The notes below the pieces were generated by a model. The model ran no database searches, was not told where the DNA came from, and worked only from the letters and a program-made list of their open reading frames with translations. This document shows positions 32,001 through 42,439 of a DNA stretch of 64,000 nt, piece by piece. The number at the start of each line of letters is the position of its first letter. Position 1 is the first letter of the stretch. This stretch comes from Marsupella aquatica. Its lineage: Eukaryota > Plantae > Marchantiophyta. Both the position numbers and the translations under genes were made by a program. Where the stretch lies: NCBI GenBank assembly GCA_973895155.1, contig OZ316898.1, positions 13,546,330 to 13,610,329 on the forward strand, in the 5' to 3' direction.

Positions 32001-32456
32001 TTCAGAGTTGGAGGATGATTGAATGGCAAGATAGAATCTCCCGAGAAAAGTTGCTGGAGCGAAGGATTGAGCACTTTAGCCAGACCAAGGAGAAGATTGA
32101 TGAGGCATTACTAAAGCTAAAGGAGGCTCGTGAGAAGAATAAGGAACGATTTGACAAGACCCATCGTTTGAGACCAATTCCCATCCAGAATGGAGATTGG
32201 GTCTTGATCTATGAGGGAGGGTTGGAACAACAACATTCTACTCTGAAGAAGTTTGCACATCGTTGGAGAGGATCATTTGTGATGGAGGAGGTTCGTCCTA
32301 ATGCAACATATGTGGTAAGAGAACTTGATGGAGCAATTCATCGCAATCCCTATGCAGGGAAGTGAGTGAAATTATTTAAACGACGAACTCGATTTGTGAC
32401 AAAGGAAGAGTTTGAACCCGACGACTATGGGGCTTTAGATGAAGAAGACATGTAGC
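29054..32456 (+). pseudogene. Element 2 pol (RT-RNase H-integrase), frameshifted
   Basis: GKLRFIQD, GDLYSSYDQ, LPQGATNS, FLDD; RNase H TVDSS...KRELWG...ETDC...ADMLSR; HHCC; WAVD...RADRGE...GKIERGH. Confidence 0.92.
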
Positions 32457-32508
32457 GATTCTAGGTGTGGTGCATACCGGAGGATGCACAGATTTGGTAG
32501 GGGTGATG

Positions 32509-33312
32509 TGTCGTGATTTTCTCTTAAGTTATGAAAAAATTGTTTGTTTTAATATGCTATAGATTATATAAGTAATTTAGTAGTTAGATTATTAAATTTA
32601 AACTTTATTAAACTTCTTTAGCTATATTAACGGACTATAGTAGTTCCACCAATGCATATGAGTAGTTCCACCAACTACAATAATATTCACCAACGCATAG
32701 TAGTTCTACCAACGCACAGTAGGTCCACCAGCGCATAGTAGTTCTACCAACGCATAGTAGGTCCACCAACGCATAGTAGTTCCACCAACGCATGGTAGTT
32801 CCACCTACTAAAAGTAGTTTCACCAACTATGAACAGTACTAGCACACTCTTAGGTATTAGATGTTTGACACTTGGCCTTCATCCAAGTGCTTGGGCTTGA
32901 TGCATGCCCTCTTGGTGTGCACTATAAATAAAGTGGTGAGGGGCACTCTCCCCTCATTCCGTAGTGTTTATTATTCAAGGTTGTGAAGCTCTTTTGTGCC
33001 TTGAACATAGTAGTGGGGCGTCCTTTGGCCCGGATAGCAAAGGAATGAGTGGTAGACTTATAGATAGGACCTTAGGGAATAAGGTTTCTTTGGGAATATA
33101 GGGGTGGGGCGTCCTTTGGCCCGGATAGGGTAGTGGGTATTAAGAAAGGGTAGTGGGTATTAAGAAAGGTATCTGAACCTTTCTTAATACCCACTACCCA
33201 CTACCCTTTTACTAGAATTATCATTTTGATTTTAGTGTAGAACTTATGAGCATGCAAGGTTAACTTCAAAAGAGCCAACATGCTCTTGCCAGAAAACACG
33301 GTCACCCGGACA
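32509..33312 (+). repeat. Element 2 3' LTR (804 bp); microprotein region deleted and replaced by a hairpin
   Basis: Colinear with the 5' LTR except about 25850-26235 is missing; inverted repeat at 33148-33199. Confidence 0.9.
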
Positions 33313-33585
33313 GCGTACTCAGTCATTTTGGAGCACCAGCTGAGGTGTTGGCTGATCAGGGAACTGAGTTCCGTGGAGAGTTTGAGAGTTTGTGTGAACA
33401 AGCTTTGATTGATCATCGTACTACCTCTCGTGATCATCCTGAGGCAGATGGATTAGCTGAGAGAGTTGTGCAAACTGTGAAGAGAGGATTGCGTAAGTAT
33501 GGCTTGCAGGTTGGTCATCTGGGAGATTGGGATCTCCAGCTACCTTGGTTAGCTATGGGCTACCGTTTCAGTCGGCAAGCATCAC

Positions 33586-36140
33586 TGTCACTTGCCTATC
33601 CAACGATTAATACTTGCAAACCGTACTTTTCTTCGCTTAAACCGTTGGTATCGTATTACGGGGTCGTGGAGGGACGCTATTTGGAAGATTTTCACACCTA
33701 AGGATGAGTATGTTTGATTTCGCTCCCGGAAGTGTACTTTTTGATCAAGTCTACTGACTGGTCTCTCCGTTTTTGATCAAGTCCAAGGGACTGGTCCTAC
33801 TATCTACAACTCATGCCCACCGGGTGAGTGCTGTCACCACCCCCCTCTCCTGGGCAAGCATACAAACGTTTACAATAAGGTTTGAACACTAGTGACCAGG
33901 GCAAATGTTTCCACAACGAAACCGACCACATGCACTGGGGAGGAAAACAAACCACACAAGCAACCACAAGTGACACACAAAATATTGAAACCTCAAGCCA
34001 AATCCATATCTCTTGGTGTTTCCCGTAACACATGCAAGGACAACCCGGCCTCCTGCCGTCTGCCCAACTCCTGCCTCCCGGGGACAAGTGCTACGTTCTC
34101 CACCTCACTACTCTGGCTTGAACTTCTCCTAATCGGTGCGCTACTCACAAAAGCTACTCCAAAGCATCCAAGCACTACGCTGAGTTCCCCCCTTACAACT
34201 TCGGGGCTCTCCCCCGAAATACCGAAAAACCACACCAAAGCACCCATCGTGGGATCACAACGATGGCGGCTACCCTAGCGGCGCCGCTAAAACCCTGCAC
34301 TAAGAAACCCCTAAACTAAAAGCATGCGGCACACACATGCTTCTAAAACCCTAAACTAACTATGGGACCGACGGTGCCTTCGACGGTGCCCCAACATCGC
34401 TCCGTGAACCGCGAAAAATGCAAGGGACCCCACAATGGCCGAAACTAGGTGCCCTTCCACTTTCACTTCTGAGTTCACCCCTGGATAGCCCTCCTCCTCC
34501 TGATCATGAATCACTCAACCGCTCTTGAAACGGACATCGGACGACCAAGTTATGGCCGTTTTAGTATCCCGTAAACCTAACTTCGTCGGGCCCTAACTTG
34601 CTCATCCTGGCTTCGTTTGAGGAGCGCCGCCTCTTGTTGGAATAAGCTCCGCGAGCTCTTTCCATCAAGCCCGTGAGTGACCCCTCAAAAAAAAGTTGGA
34701 AAGTCAAGGGGCCGTACAACCACGTCCGTACGACCACCCTAGTCCTCCTCATCCTCACTCATGGTGCCATGGCTTGAGCCCCGTGAGTTGGTCTCCTCAT
34801 CAGTTCTCCTCCTCCTCACTCACGGTGCCCTGGCTTGAGCCCCGTGAGTTGGTCTCTCCTCATCACTCTCCATTGGAGTGGTATGCTAAACAAGGACTCA
34901 CTTGAGTCCACCACCGGTCCGTTGTAAAAGGAGGGGGCCCCTATAATTGTCGAAACTAGAATTTTCTCAGAATTCACTTCTGAAAACATATCTGAGGAGC
35001 CCTCTTCTTCCTGATCACGGCTCCGTAAACGGTGCACAAAACGGAGGTCAAACGGCCAAGATATGGTCGTTTAAGTTTTCACGGGGCACCGTCTCCCTCC
35101 GTTTCGTCCGTACAACACCACGGGACCCCGGTTTTGCAAAAACATGGATCACGGTTTCCCCGTATGTGCTGCTACCTCCTCCTTCTCTTGCAAAGCCGGG
35201 ACCTCCTTCCGTACGGACATCCGTACGGCCTCAAAACTCCCGTATTCTAAAAAAAAATGCGATCGGTTGTATCTCCCCCGTCTTAGCTCCGTTTTGGCCG
35301 TGTGACACATCGTTGGATTCAGCTCGGCAAGCTCTTTCCAACAAGCTCGTAGACTCTTGATTTTGAGATGGTCGAAAATCTGATGTTCGTACAACCAGGG
35401 TCCGTACACACATTGAAAGCAAGCACAAGAGGGAAAGGGTTTAGGGTTTAGGTATGGATGGAAACCCCACAAGTGAGAATAGAGAAAAAGGGAAGGTGTG
35501 AGGGCCCCTTCTACGGTGGGGAAGGGAAAGAGAGCAAAAAAACATGTGAGGACCGCACAAAGGGTGAAGGGGAACACAAGTGTGGGAACCCCTTCCTTCT
35601 AAGGGCCCTCCCACCATCACTACTCCAAGATTGTCTAGTTTGCCGTTTTACGGGCATTGAGGTCCCTTGAGATGTCACTGTTTGATATAGACCTAAAATC
35701 AACTAGAAAACCTCAGTTTCGCATGGGGCTCATTAAGGGCTTCAAAATGAATCCAAACATGATCATGTTTGGAATAGTACTAGCGCAGCAACGTCTGTTT
35801 TAAGTTTCAATGTTTTCTATATTTTGGTCATTCTTCCCGTTTTGCGCCTTACGTGGAGCCTCCGACCAGCCCCCACCCCTCCAAGATGCCCACACCTTGC
35901 CTCCAAGTCCCTGGGCTGCCTTGTGGCCTCCTTGTACCCCCTCAATGGTTCCCTTGTCATCCATCACCGCCCGACACCCCTCTCAACTCCGGCCTCCGGT
36001 TGTCGCATCCATTTCTTAGAACTAACAAAAATAAAAAATTTGAAAATCCAAACACTTTTACTACACCTACTTGTCTTTCTACTTATATACGTAATTATAA
36101 GTCATCACTAAGTTACTACCGGGTTTGGGGCCCTGTCACA
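33586..36140 (-). mobile_element. Nested solo LTR (element 3, 2555 bp), probable Gypsy type
   Basis: TG...CA ends; 5-bp TSD ATCAC (33581-33585, 36141-36145); no coding domains. Orientation inferred, not certain. Confidence 0.82.
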
Positions 36141-36532
36141 ATCACTTGCATCCTTCTCACCTTACTTTTTGCTCTATGGTAGAGAGTCAGATTTGCCAAC
36201 AGCTATTCGTCGTGATGCTGCACTAGTTGTGAACTTGGATGATCCTGATGTTTGGGTCAAGGTGTGTTCAGAGAGAGCACGGGTATTTCAGAGAGTGATG
36301 CCCATAGCTTTAGACAACCTTGCCATTGCCCAACATCGTGATACTTTGAGGTATGCCACTATTCGTGGAGGAGGTTACCGTGCAAGCATTCGACGATTTC
36401 ATCCTGGTGATTATGTTTATTTGCAGCAGACAGCACCCACAACACTTGATGTGACCGCTGTCATGAAGTTCATGGGCGATGTCGGGAAAGCCCGGGCTTC
36501 TGTCTGTCGGAAGAACAATGCGCTACGACGTG

Positions 36533-36736
36533 CTAATAAAACACTACGATCATTATCCGACATCGTTCAATTGTCATGGGAACAACGAATGGAATCGGGG
36601 ATGAAATAATCATGGTATATGCCGACTCCCCAAAGTTTCTGATGATGAAGGCTCGAAACTCAGTTTTTTGGCGACATATCACCTGAACATTACAATCTAT
36701 ACTAAAATTAGGCCTAGGAACTCTATTGAGGTCCAT
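36533..36736 (-). CDS. LTR-encoded microprotein type B (67 aa, MDLNRVP...)
   Basis: Homologous to the ORF starting at 26091; intact ATG-to-stop frame. Confidence 0.7.
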   Translation of the reverse strand: MDLNRVPRPNFSIDCNVQVICRQKTEFRAFIIRNFGESAYTMIISSPIPFVVPMTIERCRIMIVVFY

Positions 36737-37804
36737 CTTGTAATTCAGAATCACGGTACAAGCTTCTTGAACATAGGAAATTCACCTACGGTTGTCAATT
36801 TCCTTTGTATCATATCAAACAAGCCAAGTATTTTCTATCCTATCATCCCTCAAAGGTTCGAGTCAAAACTCTATCTCCATCAACAGGTACAAAGAAAAAT
36901 GGTGGACCTATCTAGATTGCAGGCTACGAAGACCCTGTCACCGTCACCATACTATATATCTCACTTAAAGATAGATATACCCTCAAAATTTTTTCCTAGG
37001 CATGACATAGCTTCTTATCTATTTCCAGGAAAAAAATTTAAATATGCATCTTATTCTAGGAAAATATTATAAGCAATATTCAAACTCAGAAAAATATGGT
37101 TCTATTTGAGCATAATCTAAACCTTCAAGTCATCATAACTTTCTAGCATTATACCAAAATCAAGTGATTCCAAAAGCAAACTTGGTGTGCTCATCAAGGT
37201 GATCAAAGTTAGAATACTATTTCCCTAAGAAAAATATATCATAATGATTTCCTATATAGTACAACCTTTACTATTTAATAACTTTCTAACAATGTCACAT
37301 CTCTAGCTTCCAAGCACATTCTATGAATTCTTATACTCCCCACACTATTCTTGCACATAAGTTTGGAATAACAAAGAAACTCACCATGCCACCCCCAAGG
37401 GGCAGGCCTCTTATTTATAGTGCTTTGGAGGGGTAATGACTCACCCCTTTGGTACACATGGTCCAATAATATTTGAACATGTAAACAACAAGGTGTTTGG
37501 ATGCTATTGGGCATGTTTCCATGCGTATCCTCCTTTCGACACCTAATTGGCCATGTGTTTGATTCTAAATGGACATGCAACCATGCAAGGCCTTTTTACA
37601 CATGTATGCCACGTATCCCTATATATTTTGCTATGTCATAAATTTAGTGGAAAAGTAAAGCCCCCTAGTAGGCCTATACTCTAGTTTATGATAATTATTC
37701 ATATAGCCCACAATACTTTATTTAGAAGTGCTTTGTCGTCACTCTAACCCATCATAGGATGCCTAAATTTTGTAACTAGGCATGATGAATCACCAAACTA
37801 GCTA

Positions 37805-38014
37805 TTATGTTAAAATATAAAAACATATAACCCACTTATGTGTATATGTAAGCGTGGGTAAGAACAAAGGTTGAGCGGATTCTTCAACCTCCCGAAGGAA
37901 TCGCACACCAAAGTGATGCACGATGAATTGCCGAAAATGAACTTTCTCCATAACCTGGAACTGAAATTCAACGTGATTTGGAAATCCAACTGGCGCCCCG
38001 TGCACTCCATCCAT
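37805..38014 (-). CDS. LTR-encoded microprotein type A (69 aa)
   Basis: Homologous to ORF 25871-26086; intact ATG-to-stop frame. Confidence 0.7.
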   Translation of the reverse strand: MDGVHGAPVGFPNHVEFQFQVMEKVHFRQFIVHHFGVRFLREVEESAQPLFLPTLTYTHKWVICFYILT

Positions 38015-38682
38015 TGTTGCTTTCTTGCCTTAGAGTTGTTGCCTCCTCCTCTCGTTCCTCGTTTCTTTATGAATCGGCAACCCGCTACAAGCATAGGTAC
38101 CCGACTTATGGTCTTATTTGTCATCTTAAGTCGAGATGTTGCAAACCCAAAATATACCCGTGTAACTTAGGTGTACTATTTGCACCAAAGTTACCACGAC
38201 ACCGCAGGCCGGACAATCTTACGTGTGCGTGAAGTGTTGCCTTCTGGTGTCCTGATGTTGGAGGGACGCGATGGTATGGTTTGGAAGGATCATGTGCGCA
38301 ACTGTGCACCATGTCACCTTCCCAACATTGATGGTACAGTAGATCCAAGCTTGGCACATGTTCGTGCTGGCTTGAAATGTATGTTGTGTGGATCTGCTCA
38401 GGGAGCAGCTACTATGTTGATTTGTGATAAGTGTTCTAGAGGATGGCACATGTCATGTTTGACATCACCATTGCAGGTGATTCCTAGTGGATCATGGTTG
38501 TGTCCTCAGTATCGGTGAAGCCGACTAGTTATCATTTGTGTTCTCTTGGCAGATATGGATTGCAGGTAGGTGATCGATGGGGCTCACTTGCACCCGACCT
38601 CCTGATCTTCACACCTAAAAAGGTGTATATCAACCTTGTAGAACTCATGGCTAGCTAGAGTTAGGGGACCTTACTCCCAGCT

Positions 38683-38691
38683 AGGGGGGCG
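38683..38691 (+). promoter_or_regulatory. Element 1 polypurine tract
   Basis: AGGGGGGCG directly before repeat B1, downstream of the polyprotein stop. Confidence 0.7.
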
Positions 38692-39298
38692 ATTGTGGGT
38701 TTTGGACATGTGTGGACATGAGTTCCACTTGTATTCCATTCTCTTGTGTTTGTGATGTGGCAATGTGACTATGTGTGGATGTATGTGACAAGCGATGTAT
38801 GTTGTGTAGCGATGTGTATGCGCACGATAGCTGTCACACCATTCTAGGTAGTGTTAGAGTGTATCGTACTATCTAGATCCGTATGTTTGGTATGTGTGCT
38901 ATATGAGCCGATAAGGTTCCGTCAGGTTTGTGTGAGAGGGTACTTCTCACTTGTGAGGCATTGAAAGGTCATCTTTCAATGTTGAGCCTTGGAGAGAGAG
39001 GAGCTTGAGTGTGGCTATGGTGACTGTGAGCTCCGCTTGTGTAACGTGGATTCCTTGAGTAGTGCAAGGTGCGTTGGCTTGACATATGTGTGTGATCGGA
39101 TCGGTGCGGGATCGATGGGGTATTGTTGACCGGGATCGTTGTGCCGATTGTATGGAGATTATTGTGGGTTTTGGACATGTGTGGACATGAGTTCCACTTG
39201 TATTCCATTCTCTTGTGTTTGTGATGTGGCAGTGTGACTATGTGTGGATGTATGTGACAAGCGATGTATGTTGTGTAGCGATGTGTATGCGCACGACA
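38692..39298 (+). repeat. Split repeats B1 (38692-38829) - GC - A2 (38832-39160) - B2 (39161-39298)
   Basis: B1 and B2 are 138 bp with 2 differences; A2 equals A1. Confidence 0.95.
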
Positions 39299-41530
39299 CA
39301 TAGTTTACAAAACAGGGCCACAAAAATACACTGAAAGGAAAGCAAAAGAGGTCTTCAGGGGACAAAACCAAACACTAACGAAGAGGCAAATGCAAACCCC
39401 AAAAATCTAGAAAGAGTAAAAGGAAAAGAAAGGGGGGAAAGAGCTAAATAATGCTCCAGATCAAATGCAAAAGTGTCTGGAGCCAGTGGTCCACATCTAG
39501 TGTGGTAACTAAATCTACAAGTGAGACATGGATGTACTCTAAAGGGGCAAACTAGCCTCTGCGGAGTTTCCTTTCTATAAAGTTTCCTTTCTATGCAAAT
39601 TTTTTGCACATTGCTCAGAGGCCAATGATCCAAAGAAGGTTTTAAAAAGGTTTTAGACAGTGATTTATTTGCCGATTAAAATGAACAGTACATAGATCTG
39701 ACTGACTATAATGTGAGATCCCTTCATGAAGCTGATTGCACATATGTATGACATATGATAATGTCAATCTGTACCGTCCATTACCAGGGAGAACTGGTCC
39801 CCCCCCCCGTTCCTCCGCAGTCACTCCCAGCTCCAGCCAGTCGTGGCTGCATCAGAACCTGGTCAGTCCGTTACACCCTGGTAACGGACGACCAGATCGT
39901 CATTACCATATACAATGTGACCACACGAGCCAGTTTTTCTCTAAAGGGAAGCTTCTCATTTGCTGTAAGTGCCATTTGCCCAAAAGACAAAAGACTGGCT
40001 AGGAAGATGCAGCCCTTGCAGTCTTTAGTTGCAGCTAGGCAGGGTGTACATTGCAGCTGCTCATTCCTAAGTGCACACTCTGGGCAAGAAGCCATGGATT
40101 TGCACTTACATCTGGTATGCACTACTCAATAAGTGCTCATTTCAGACTTCGCAGCTATCCGGTAAACTGATGATTCCGCTTGTTGCTAGAGGGCCTCCAC
40201 CTTCAGTCATTCCTTTCCCTCTGTCCCGTGGAGCATTTAAGAAGTTGCCATCATGTTTAAGTAAGATTTTTTCGCATGCCTTCCCTAAACCATCAACTTA
40301 CTCTACATCCCAACTATCTCACAACTGCAACACTTACTCTAAATCAAAATGGTATACACTTATTGATAACAGTTCCACATAGGATTTTGTGCTCTTACCC
40401 AAAAGTGTAAACTGGTCTCGAAAATTCTATATAAAATGTGCAAATGAACAAAAAGGAATGACCGAGAGACAGGGTCTGGGGCCCTTGCACTTTGCCCAGT
40501 ATTGCACTTAGGAAGAGCACACTGTAGCTTCAGTGAGTGTATGTTTTTCTTGCAGTGAACGATCTCGATTTACAGTACTTCATTTGGACATCACAGGAAT
40601 CAGAATGCCCATCGGTCAATTCAGGGAAAGATGTGCTCTTTCATTGAATAGAATGCAGTCTTTGTTGCAGTCTTTGTAAAAGAAATGTAGGCCGGGGAAT
40701 TGATCGAGCATAGAACATACTTTCATTTGTGACACATCGCCATTAAAAGAGGCCTCACGAGTACAGTAGATCGATCAACCACTCGATCGTCTTCACAACG
40801 AAATCAACGAGCTCAAGATGTCTAATTGGTTACACGAAAGTGGCATTGAAGTTGTGGCTATTGGTTTTCAGTTTGTCTCCGATCCAAAGGTCCAATTTTG
40901 CCATGAAATCTGAGTGCAATGGAGCGCTTCGTGCGAATATGAACACTGGATAGCCACACATAATTGAACGCAATTTATCACTGTTCCTGTAGGACTGGTG
41001 GCCGGATATATAGGGTACCAGTACGTAAGCTAAGGCCATCATTCTGAGCGAAACGACACCAGAAGTTCAATTTTATTGGCAGGCATGACCCTGGAATATC
41101 GAGCCCTAAATTCTGCACCTCTTCGTACGTACGTGCGTGTTTTACTCAATTCCTTCGATCCACGCGTGGATCGACTCGATCAGCACCTTCTGGTGGTGTC
41201 TGTTATTAGCGGGCATGGGCAGGCTCAATTTCTACGCGACAGATAACGATCAATAACAGTATGGCTTCTGCGTACAATAACAGGAGTTGTCCTATTAGCA
41301 GCACCTCTGACCGAGTTTGAGCATAAAACGACATTCGGCTTTCAATTATTACGAGATTTGTCTGACGGAAGTCTGAAGTTAAACGACCGAACCGCCTGCA
41401 GCTTTGGCAGATTGGGTGCATCAGATAGTAAATCTGGCATCAGATTCTGTCATTCCATGACAAGATAAGGACTCTGCTGATCCGATTATGATGTAACACT
41501 GCTCAAGATCTACGTACCGTTAGTCTTCAA

Positions 41531-41746
41531 ATGGGCCAAAGGTCATCGTCTGCAGCGAAGGCCTCAGCCCAACCCGGACCTCCAAAGAAGAGGAAGAGTG
41601 TAATAGAGAAAGTGACAAGCACAGTCAAGAAATTCACGACCAGGAAAAAGAAGAATGAAAGGGATGCCCCCATCAAAAACCTTGAGGATGCTGGAAAGTA
41701 TGATCTACATGCCACACATATGCAACTTTTCCATCAAGTTCGGTAA
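41531..41746 (+). CDS. Small basic protein, putatively N-myristoylated (71 aa; may be spliced or longer)
   Basis: MGQRSS start; P.KKRKSV...VKK block shared with 42440-42856. Confidence 0.45.
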   Translation: MGQRSSSAAKASAQPGPPKKRKSVIEKVTSTVKKFTTRKKKNERDAPIKNLEDAGKYDLHATHMQLFHQVR

Positions 41747-42439
41747 TTCTGTTGGGCGTTGATTCCCAAATAGGACCAGACTCTTTCCCTGTCCGGTATT
41801 GAGGTTTTTCATTCAATTTCTTCACTTCCTGAGTTTGAAAGTTTGAGATTCGGGTTCACCAATTTCTTGAACTTACAGTCAAAAACTCAAATTCATAGGT
41901 GTCTGTATTACTGAAAAAATCAAAGTCACCAACAATAACCAACACCTAGTTTCTAAGAAATCACCAAACAAGAGAATCATACCGGTTTGGGTTGTTCGGA
42001 ATACATTTGAATGCAGATACATTTTGAAGCCTGGTGGGCAATTCTGCGAACTTGAGATGAATTCGAAGGGGGAGCCCCAAACTAGAGACATCGACGATTG
42101 AGGCGCGCTATCATTGAGATATCATCAAACATGTATACGAACTTAGCGCTCTTTTCTGTTGTCTTTTAAAATGAAACCTTAAAGCAGTTTTCGGGACATT
42201 TGCTGGACGGGTTTGCGGAGAAACATAGCATGCAGAAGATTTTGAAAATGGCATGTCCGGCAATAGAAATGACCACCACGAGGCATAGTGAAAATCAAAA
42301 CGCAAGAATGGCTAATACAGACACAGCTCGTACTAAATCGTTATGAGTGACAACTGCGGCTCATGATCGACCAATAGAGCAGCTCTGAGAATTAGGCTCT
42401 GTCATTAATCTTTTCTTAACAGTTGCTTTGATTTCCTAG

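Larger units (their letters stand above)
25211..33312 (+). mobile_element. Nested full-length Ty3/Gypsy LTR retrotransposon (element 2), defective
   Basis: LTRs 25211-26368 and 32509-33312 (TGTCGTG...GGACA); 4-bp TSD GCGT; PBS; gag-PR-RT-RH-IN; purine-rich tract before the 3' LTR. Confidence 0.95.
36459..38201 (-). mobile_element. Nested solo LTR (element 4, 1743 bp), related to element 2
   Basis: Ends TGTCATG...CACGACA; 4-bp TSD CCGC; minus strand begins TGTCGTG like element 2; CTATAAATAA on minus at 37411-37420. Confidence 0.88.
24564..38518 (+). pseudogene. Element 1 DDE integrase with C-terminal PHD finger, split into four pieces (24564-25210, 33313-33585, 36141-36458, 38202-38518)
   Basis: HHCC (HAHEELGHFG...CVVC), WSLDFAG, VLADQG, GLAERVVQTVK. 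Reading frame rejoins across each TSD (FLDRV|LSHFGAP, RQASL|ASFSPY, DVTA|GRTIL). PHD CMLC...CDKC...WHMSC...WLCPQY at 38378-38512. Confidence 0.9.
17391..39298 (+). mobile_element. Ty3/Gypsy retrotransposon (element 1) with DNMT and PHD domains and split direct repeats; ~9.5 kb without its three nested insertions; defective
   Basis: TGTC...GACA ends; 4-bp TSD CATA (17387-17390, 39299-39302); domain order gag-PR-DNMT-RT-RH-IN-PHD; several stops and frameshifts. Confidence 0.93.

Noticed and set aside
33800-36110. Many short ORFs inside solo LTR element 3
   Set aside because: No similarity to the microprotein motif or known domains; expected by chance in GC-rich LTR DNA.
17391-39298. DIRS/Ngaro tyrosine-recombinase element, suggested by split repeats and a methyltransferase
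   Set aside because: It has an aspartic protease, HHCC-DDE integrase, TG..CA ends and a TSD; no YR motif seen; the MTase is C5-cytosine type, not the adenine type found in DIRS.
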